IMG/VR virus record: IMGVR_UViG_3300001683_000028
Location: 3,891 to 67,890 of that record
Reading direction: 5' to 3' (one strand)
Origin: a virus
DNA length: 64,000 nt
Position numbers and translations under genes: made by a program. Every line of letters begins with the position of its first letter. Position 1 is the stretch's first letter. Of the stretch, positions 58,201 to 64,000 are shown piece by piece. The notes beneath the pieces are model-generated. The model had not been told where the DNA came from, did not search any database, and worked only from the letters and a program-made list of their open reading frames with translations.

Positions 58201-58556
58201 CGAATATCTTGAAGGAAAAGCTTCGAGTAACAATGGAAGAGAAGAGGGCGGAAGAAGGCAGAGAGTCATACAAGATTATGCTAAGAAGAGCATATGATGT
58301 TGGTTTGGAAATGCAGAGAAAGGGTTTGCTGCCAACTACAAAGACCTCCTTGGACAGGCAGGTTGATGAAATTATGTCTTTTGATAACAACGCTTTTGAG
58401 GCATTTAAGAGAAGCATTGAAGCAGCTAGATCAGTCGGCAATGTAAAGATTGCATCAGATTTGGGCGGGATTAATGTTGGCGTCTCAAGTGACGCGACAG
58501 AAAGGCCTGCAGCAACTGTTTCGAATGCTTCTTCCCTTTCCTCAATGTGGGAGTAA
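55242..58556 (+). CDS. prohead maturation protease fused to a scaffold-like region
   Basis: NNNGDIF..EL, GKPLCRDH (His), YGSMG (Ser), IEYSLVVQPA; long acidic/coiled-coil repetitive C-terminal part; lies between the portal and capsid genes. Confidence 0.8.
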   Translation: MIKKISASPEGKISEISSDNILASPELVERMSKVAGDIRNIAPRSDDFTYFSIIFLKSAEAALLDDYGKIKKTASGEDAWGFFDENWKWHGNVQPLKNNNGDIFPESELKKAAKDWVGKPLCRDHESSSVDGIRGIILDTHYDDKFRQVVGLCALDKVNYPDLSSKVKSGLVRYGSMGTAVEEAICTECQKRAKVESDYCNCIKTGSNYGEINVGLKPIEYSLVVQPAERGAVLLKVFASLKKYQNEFINNGVSNVDEMLGKLSLERAQHLDGIMKTACGDDGCSIDKRGKIVRSFLENNNLIEQSVGEQVGSGVDISAAVDVTTIAERIENLDTSNNPAVQELLEKARILAGVSASSPSLSSGTLVSGEPSGLQTGDASNQILLSGDSGDSPDFQDENVAGVSVPAPGVAENSTAFAGSKKTENIRKLSINNIMEDIMNESKLRSRAELRRRVAYHQGGSEGVEPNTFKAESFGFDSDKQMHQDASMGGADGMHPGDADRKEKLSRAELNARRIRRNAYHQGGSEGVEPNTFKAESFGFDSDKQMHQDGSMGGADGLHPGDADRKEKLSRASDGRGLSKRSGFSGPALRTRMAIKRDGRGTLNKSASIFEVISGDKTLIRATAGEIFGSELNDNWDWVTSSEYGREVCKQVRANGVSHVRGLLKGAQDAAVEDLLGDLGGAPEAAGEDLLGDLGGAPAEGAGEDLLGDLGGAPEEGAELDLGGAPEEGAEEAEGSPSEEIDSRLADMEALIDEIRDLTDKLEDEKVADIDVNINSGAGAGEQVSSETVALAKEVGSQLKIARAKLDESADEISMVAETYDNISKLSGSQRSHFAKLASAAIKDSDETAGEARALIRVAQAVLAEGSDLLDDGGASFAEDDDAGDDCSEDGDCSDDSHDHALVSEAMELRRGRREAILKQAEDRVLGERRAAREALLEKSSMEMVKEDEASDHDEASDHDEASDHDEASDHDEASDHIEAVASNGPANILKEKLRVTMEEKRAEEGRESYKIMLRRAYDVGLEMQRKGLLPTTKTSLDRQVDEIMSFDNNAFEAFKRSIEAARSVGNVKIASDLGGINVGVSSDATERPAATVSNASSLSSMWE
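56604..56956 (+). repeat. near-identical 161-bp direct repeat, period 192 bp
   Basis: AYHQGGSEGVEPNTFKAESFGFDSDKQMHQD.SMGGADG.HPGDADRKEKLSRA encoded twice. Confidence 0.95.
57258..57425 (+). repeat. EDLLGDLGGAP-coding repeats (3 full plus 1 partial)
   Basis: GAAGATCTTTTGGGCGACCTTGGTGGTGCGCC at 57258, 57303 and 57351. Confidence 0.9.
58083..58172 (+). repeat. 18-nt tandem repeat x5 (DEASDH)
   Basis: GACGAGGCATCTGATCAT units. Confidence 0.95.
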
Positions 58557-58562
58557 TGCATA

Positions 58563-59078
58563 ATGTTTAGCTTAAAAAATTCAGGAGATAGTCTTGCTAG
58601 CGAATTTTCAAGGCTTTTGAGCAAGCAGTTTCAGCCGCTTAAAAAAGAAGCCATGGGAATCCAAGAGGAAGAACCTGTGCTATGTGATAATTGCGAGAAT
58701 CCAGAATGCCCGGGTTGTGAACCGGCAAACGATGAATCTCCAGAAAGCTTTTTATTATCACCAGATGAAAGTGATGATGGAGATTCTGTAGACAAAGCAC
58801 TCGATTCGGCCATAGATTCATTTGCAAGTAGTGGTCACAAATTGATGGCTGGCCTTGGCAAAATCTCCTCAGACCTAAGAGGTAGGGGCGAAGCATTTGC
58901 TGCAGATATGGTTGAGGCAACTGCGTTAAGCATATCAAAGGATTTGGGCAAAGAAGCTGAAGAAAAGAGTCAAGTTATTGGAAATCTTAATAAGATTGCC
59001 AAGGAATTTGATAACAATGGCGATACATTTGCTGGTGATATGGTAAGGGTAACTATCGAAAATATAATTCGTAGTTAA
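58563..59078 (+). CDS. hypothetical head-cluster protein with two copies of the helical module
   Basis: LGKISSDLRGRGEAFAADMV and LNKIAKEFDNNGDTFAGDMV; CDNC..CPGC. Confidence 0.7.
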   Translation: MFSLKNSGDSLASEFSRLLSKQFQPLKKEAMGIQEEEPVLCDNCENPECPGCEPANDESPESFLLSPDESDDGDSVDKALDSAIDSFASSGHKLMAGLGKISSDLRGRGEAFAADMVEATALSISKDLGKEAEEKSQVIGNLNKIAKEFDNNGDTFAGDMVRVTIENIIRS

Positions 59079-59080
59079 AA

Positions 59081-59090
59081 TTACTAATTA
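59081..59090 (+). promoter_or_regulatory. YTAYTAATW motif
   Basis: TTACTAATTA followed by AGTATAAT. Confidence 0.5.
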
Positions 59091-59098
59091 AGTATAAT

Positions 59099-59130
59099 AA
59101 GGGGAAGAGCTATGTCTCTTCCCCTTTTTT
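59099..59130 (+). terminator. rho-independent terminator
   Basis: AAGGGGAAGAG-ctatgt-CTCTTCCCCTT followed by TTTT. Confidence 0.85.
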
Positions 59131-59154
59131 GTATCAAAATCATGGAGAATAAAT

Positions 59155-59847
59155 TTGTTAAAAATTATTCACACTGGAAACGCAATGCCGATGAGCATCG
59201 CAGTTGATCCAACGGCAGAATTTGAGCCAGGAATGTTTACTCAACTTGGATTAATAGGCAATGATACCGTTGCAAGTGTTAGTGATGGAACGGCTCCATT
59301 AGGAATAATAGATGATGTTAGAACTACTGCTTTCACAAAAACTCAAGTTGATGAAGTTATTCTAATAAATGTTGCAGCGTCTGATTTGGACGAAAATGGA
59401 GATAGAGTTAATCTGGAGGATGTTACTGGAGTTTTGGAATTTCCAAACGTAATCGAGAGCAGCTTTACATCTACCCTGGGCGTTATATTAAATACAGTAA
59501 ATGGCATAGTTACAGTTCCTGCAGGAACAGAGCTTAATCATGATTCTGATGGAGATGGAACTAATGATAGCTTTAGTGTAATCGTTAATTATATATATAG
59601 AGTCGCAGGTAGACCTGGCGATGATACAACCATAGGATCTGGAAGAATAACAATCCATTATCAAAGAGGAATATACGCAACAGACCAGTTTGATACTACA
59701 CAAATATATCCCCTCAATGCGACTTTATATGTGGGACTTGATGGAAAATTAACATCAAAGCAGCCCACAGAAAACCATCCTGGCGTAGCGATTTGTACAG
59801 GCCCACCATCCGCAGCAATGGGCACTGTAGAATTTATGTTGCTATAA
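59155..59847 (+). CDS. capsid cement/decoration-like protein
   Basis: GGAG RBS with TTG start; PLGIIDD..TIGSGRITI..GIYATDQFD..LYVGLDGKLT pattern typical of head decoration proteins. Confidence 0.55.
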   Translation: MLKIIHTGNAMPMSIAVDPTAEFEPGMFTQLGLIGNDTVASVSDGTAPLGIIDDVRTTAFTKTQVDEVILINVAASDLDENGDRVNLEDVTGVLEFPNVIESSFTSTLGVILNTVNGIVTVPAGTELNHDSDGDGTNDSFSVIVNYIYRVAGRPGDDTTIGSGRITIHYQRGIYATDQFDTTQIYPLNATLYVGLDGKLTSKQPTENHPGVAICTGPPSAAMGTVEFMLL

Positions 59848-59859
59848 TATTTATAGCAA

Positions 59860-59869
59860 CTACTAATTA
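59860..59869 (+). promoter_or_regulatory. YTAYTAATW motif adjoining a 10-bp inverted repeat
   Basis: CTACTAATTA directly after GTTGCTATAA-tat-TTATAGCAAC (59838-59860). Confidence 0.55.
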
Positions 59870-59912
59870 AATGAAATAATGTTGATAATTAAACCATCTT
59901 TTGGGGACAAAA

Positions 59913-60350
59913 ATGTCAAATTCATGGAGCAAAGAGGATAGAGTTCACTTCGAAAGCAGCGAAGTAATGAAACAGCTTGAAAAGAATCTTATTGATAATT
60001 ATAAAAAGCTGGAGGCAATTCAAAATAAAATTGCAGCAGATGTTTCCACTCAGAAGTCTATAAATCAACTGAAGGCAATGACCGATGCGGCGACAGCAGC
60101 GACGTCGGCCCTCACCAACATGAATGATGCCATGAATGCTGATGATTCCGAAATAGATCCTGATAACGCCGAATCCCCAGATGATTGCATAGACTATTCT
60201 GATGATGATAATTTAGCCGACAAAGAGGCTGTTATCGAAGACTTAAGAAAAATGATTAAGATTGCCCTAGACGAAAAGGAATATGATCTCGTCTACAAAA
60301 TAGAAAGAACTATTGATAGCATAAATAATAGGGAAGTTGCATGCGAATAA
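59913..60350 (+). CDS. hypothetical protein (head cluster)
   Basis: GGGGA RBS before ATG 59913; NKIAA motif. Confidence 0.7.
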   Translation: MSNSWSKEDRVHFESSEVMKQLEKNLIDNYKKLEAIQNKIAADVSTQKSINQLKAMTDAATAATSALTNMNDAMNADDSEIDPDNAESPDDCIDYSDDDNLADKEAVIEDLRKMIKIALDEKEYDLVYKIERTIDSINNREVACE

Positions 60351-63186
60351 ATAACTCTAGATCATCTGAGATATTTGACATATTTTCAGATACAATGCAA
60401 AAATTTAATCAGAAGAGATCAGATCTCATGATTAAAGAGGCGGATAGAATTGGTGGAGCTGTAGATGCTGGGCAAACAATATCAAAATGGCTGGGCGCTG
60501 GGAGCGATATAAAGGCAGAATTAAATACCCTTAGGGCCGGGTCTCATGTAGGCTCATTTACCGATATTTCGGGGGCTACGATTAGGGGGATCGAAGGAGT
60601 ATTTGATGGCATTGCGAGCACAACTGTCGGCGGCAAGACGATTACAACAATGGACGACATACTAGATTTTGTAAAGGGTGGCGGCAGAATCCCTGCGACA
60701 AAGTTGAGAAAAATTGTTTCCCCACAGATGGCAATGGACCTTTTCGCACGAAGTCCATCAAGAAATAGGAAGCTCTTTCATCAAGCTATGCAAACAGCAA
60801 TGAATGCCGATGGATCAACGCCATTGCTAACGCCCAATGAGATAAGCAGAATATACCAAAGAATGACCATTCAGGCTATGGCAAATGGTGGAAAGATTGA
60901 TCCAAAGCAATTCCCCGACGTTCTAAAGGGTTTAAGCAGGGAGAAGATTATTGGCCTTACGCAGAATTGGGATGACCTAATGAGCGGCCGCGCTACTGCT
61001 AGGACCACTGCTAGGGCTGAGCGGGCTGCGGCTGATGCGGCAAGAATAGATCCGGCTGATGCGGCAAGAATAGATCCGGCTGATGCGGCAAGAATAGATC
61101 CGGCTGTGCGGCAAGAATAGATCCGGCTGATGCGGCAAGAATAGATCCGGCTGATGCGGCAAGAATAGATCCAACTGATGCAGGAAGAGTAGATCCAACT
61201 GATGCAGGAAGAGTAGATCCAACTGATGCAGGAAGAGTGCCAGATGCACCAACTCCACGCGCACCAGATGCACCAACTCCACGCGCACCAGATGCTCCGC
61301 CACGGCAAACAGGCTCTGAGCCGCCAGAAGTAGGCGGCATAAGAGATGAATTAACTGCTGATCTGGAAGATATTAGAAGGGCCGGATTTGAAGGGCATGT
61401 TGCGCATGGTGAGAAGATTGATGCGATGGAAGACGCGCTAAGAAAGCTGAGGGATCTGCCTCCGCATCCACAAGTAATGAGGCAGATGGAAAGCCTTAAA
61501 GATACCATCAAAGGTCTAGAGAATACTGCTGGCGCGGCAGATGCTACAGCTGATGTCGCCAAGATGAGTGGAAAGGCCAAATTACTACTCTGGACAGGTG
61601 TTGCTGCTGGTGCTGCTGTTGCACTTTATAACTGGCCAGCAGTAAAGTCTTTTTTTGATAATTCTCCCGCCATGCGAAAGCATGATCCAGAAAAAGTTAA
61701 GAAGCTTTTCTCAACCGCTCATTCGGCAATGTCCGGATGCGCAGGTGATACGGGAACCGTGTTGTCTAGTATGAATGCTGTAAACTTTACTGATAATCAG
61801 GTTCAAAGAGCTCACAAAAGAATGATTAGAGAATTATCAACTTATGATTCAACATTATCTGAGCTAAAAAAAGCATCATTAAATCCAAATTTATCTCAAG
61901 AGGAAATTAGAGAAAATATCAGCATGCTTAATAGAACTATGGCCGCTATGGGTGGTCTAGTTTCCGTTTATATGGAGGATACTGGAGAGATAAAGTCATT
62001 TGCACGAGATAAAAAATTATTTGATAAAATGCAGAAAGATATCAAAAAAGTATTGCCCTGCTATCAAAATTCTCTCGACACGGTTTCTGACGAGATAAAA
62101 AGATTAAAGATTGACACATCTGAAGATGGGTCAGCGGGTGCGGCAGCTGGTGCTGCGGCAGCTTCAACTTCTGGATCAACCGATAGGCCCGGTGGCATTC
62201 CGTCAAATGCGGCAGATTTTATGTATGATCCAACGGTTATGGCGACAAATGTCGTTAAGGTTCCGCTCAATGAGAGTATACGAGTTGGAAACAAGATGAT
62301 AAATTTTGTAAATATTCCAATGCCTCGTGGTTTTGCTACTCGCGGGCAACTTGTAATAAAGGGTGCTCCATGGATTGCCGCAGCATTGAATGATTCAAGA
62401 GGGAAGTCTATTCTTCGAGAAGAATATATGAACATAAAGTTTGATCCAAAGATGAGCAGCTTGAAGCCAGAAGCCTTATTTCAGTTTGCAACAAATAGAG
62501 CTGCATTTAAAATATTAAATGCAGGAATTGGAGAGGACTCCCTCGACGACATCCTAATTGATGAGTCATTTCAAGATGTCGTTCTGCCAAGATCAGAGGA
62601 TAAAGATGAGGCGTGGTACGCTCCATGGAGAGACGATGTTGAAGATCGCGCAGGAGTTAGAACCACCCAGCAGGCCAAGCAACATGCTACAGAACTTGGA
62701 TTTGCAGATGATGGCGTTGTTGCAAGCGGCCGAAGAGATCAATTAAAGAAAATATCGGAATTTACAATGAGTAATGAAAACCATAGAAGTTCTATTAATA
62801 AAAAAATATCAGAAGATTCAATCAGAAAGAAATCTGATGATTTTGCGAAGTCTTACTACAAAGATGCCAAGAAGGGTCTGGGTACGGAAGACAGTTTTAT
62901 GAAATCTTATTATGCAGGGTTTAGTGACATGTATGATGAGGGCCAAAATGATAAGCCAAAATTAGATTATGAAGATAGTTATTTGCTTCACGATGAAACA
63001 GGTGATGATTTGACCCATGAAGCCCACCCAGAGGCGATCGTTGTTTCGGACGCAATTGGGAATGGCGGATTAGTTGAAAACGGATCCGAACAGAAGCGAC
63101 AATCACACGGCGTGGCACAGAGCACGCCTACTGGCAACTACAGAGCAAATTATGCTTGGTTGCAAGAAAGATTGTTGAAGAAATAA
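60341..63186 (+). CDS. single ~948-aa protein interrupted by a 1-nt deletion at ~61106 (appears as ORFs 60341-61120 and 61237-63186)
   Basis: The fourth repeat unit reads GCTGTGCG instead of GCTGATGCG; restoring the A joins both ORFs in frame through the repeat. Confidence 0.8.
61031..61296 (+). repeat. 24-nt tandem repeat array (ADAARIDP x6, TDAGRVDP x3, DAPTPRAP x2)
   Basis: GCTGATGCGGCAAGAATAGATCCG units grading into variants; no spacers. Confidence 0.95.
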
Positions 63187-63316
63187 TACTTTAGTTATTT
63201 AATTGCTGGAATATCAGTTAGTTATAGAAATTTCCAAGTTAATATTGACTATGGAAATACTGAAAAATTATAATTTAAGTAATAAAAATAAATATTTAAA
63301 ATAATGGAGAAAAATT

Positions 63317-63916
63317 ATGGCTCTTAAATTACTAAATCCAGGTCTTCGTCCCCTCGGACAGTTTGACCTTCTAACGGGCGAGGCCATCACTGGTGGCGAA
63401 TATGTTGAGCTGGCTGATGTCGCCGCTGGCGAAGCTGCTGCCGCTGACGTTCAAGCTATGGCTAATGGTGCCGGCGCAACTCCGGCCTTTAGCCTTCCTG
63501 GTGGTGGTGGTCGGACGGCTGCCACTCTCGGCGGCCTCTCAGACGATGGCGTTGACGAATACGGAACTCACTTTGGCTCTGTCATTGGCGGAAACGCCGG
63601 TGCTATGACTCAATTTGGCGGTGCAGGTGGTTCAATTTTGGTTGGCCCACGAACAACTGTTGCTTCTGGTAAGGTTACCGTTTGGGCCGCACCCGGACTT
63701 TATGGGGTAACTCAGGCCGCTGGTGGTCTTGCTGTTAACGTAGCTTTAGCTGCTCCTTTGGGCATTCTAACTCAGGGTGGTGCAGGACAGCCTGCTGCAA
63801 CTTATGTTTCTGCAGTTAACGATACTTCGCTTGTCTCAACAACTGCTCTTGCAGCTGGTGAGGCTGCAGTGCAGGAATATCACGCTGTATTTTACCTCGG
63901 CAATGCACAGGCATAA
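63317..63916 (+). CDS. capsid cement/decoration-like protein
   Basis: GGAG RBS; GLSDDG..TVASGKVTVW..GLY pattern parallels 59155-59847; Gly/Ala-rich; precedes the putative capsid gene. Confidence 0.6.
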   Translation: MALKLLNPGLRPLGQFDLLTGEAITGGEYVELADVAAGEAAAADVQAMANGAGATPAFSLPGGGGRTAATLGGLSDDGVDEYGTHFGSVIGGNAGAMTQFGGAGGSILVGPRTTVASGKVTVWAAPGLYGVTQAAGGLAVNVALAAPLGILTQGGAGQPAATYVSAVNDTSLVSTTALAAGEAAVQEYHAVFYLGNAQA

Positions 63917-63939
63917 TTAACAAAGAAAGGAATTATAAA

Positions 63940-64000
63940 ATGTCAAACGTATTTAATGCACATGGCGAGCTTAACGCCGCCAACGTTAAAGATGCACTTT
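63940..64000 (+). CDS. 5' end of a gene, probably the major capsid protein (truncated by the window)
   Basis: AAAGGA RBS; MSNVFNAHGELNAANVKDAL; identity inferred from position after protease and decoration genes only. Confidence 0.45.
   Translation, partial: MSNVFNAHGELNAANVKDAL

Noticed and set aside
61031-61296. 24-nt repeats as a CRISPR array
   Set aside because: Units are head-to-tail with no unique spacers and encode an in-frame peptide repeat; the same applies to the 57258 and 58083 repeats.
1-64000. Bacterial chromosome origin suggested by dnaE, recA, groEL, hup, ftsK and sbcCD
   Set aside because: The genes are divergent, co-oriented, interleaved with orphans and linked to terminase, portal and prohead protease; no bacterial operon context such as groES or ribosomal genes.
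1-64000. Minus-strand and nested alternative-frame ORFs in the ORF track
   Set aside because: They overlap longer + strand genes with recognisable motifs and are typical antisense shadows; the long ones over repeats simply reflect repeat periodicity.
1-64000. Stop-codon reassignment (alternative genetic code) as seen in some jumbo phages
   Set aside because: Standard-code ORFs are full-length with high coding density, and TAA, TAG and TGA all terminate genes.

Overview
This AT-rich, gene-dense 64-kb window has essentially all genes on the + strand and reads as part of a large (jumbo-type) tailed dsDNA bacteriophage genome. The left half (1-38.8 kb) holds host-like metabolic and proteostasis genes: an IMPDH/GMP-reductase-family enzyme, MoxR AAA+ plus a VWA metallopeptidase, an M16 peptidase, ThyX, Hsp20, a KhpA-like KH protein, HU and GroEL without GroES. 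It also holds replication and recombination genes: FtsK, SbcCD, a Cas4/AddB-like nuclease, DnaE, UvsY-like, gp32-like SSB, RuvC, RecA, a primase split into two distant genes, and two sigma-like proteins. A mosaic fibre-like protein and a 2115-aa orphan are interspersed. The right half (38.9-64 kb) is a head morphogenesis cluster: GpA-like large terminase, portal with a LAGLIDADG intein, prohead protease-scaffold, two cement-like paralogues, the probable start of the major capsid gene, many orphans, and an embedded CCA/poly(A) nucleotidyltransferase. Four signals are not explained by ordinary annotation. (i) A recurring intergenic motif YTAYTAATW is a candidate phage late promoter. (ii) K/R-x-A motifs and a shared ~30-aa helical module recur across unrelated head-cluster proteins, suggesting a capsid-targeting and protease-processing code. 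(iii) A duplicated peptide cassette bounded by such sites lies inside the protease/scaffold. (iv) A 1-nt frameshift inside a 24-nt tandem repeat splits one ~948-aa gene. All functional calls come from motif recognition by eye; no database searches were run.
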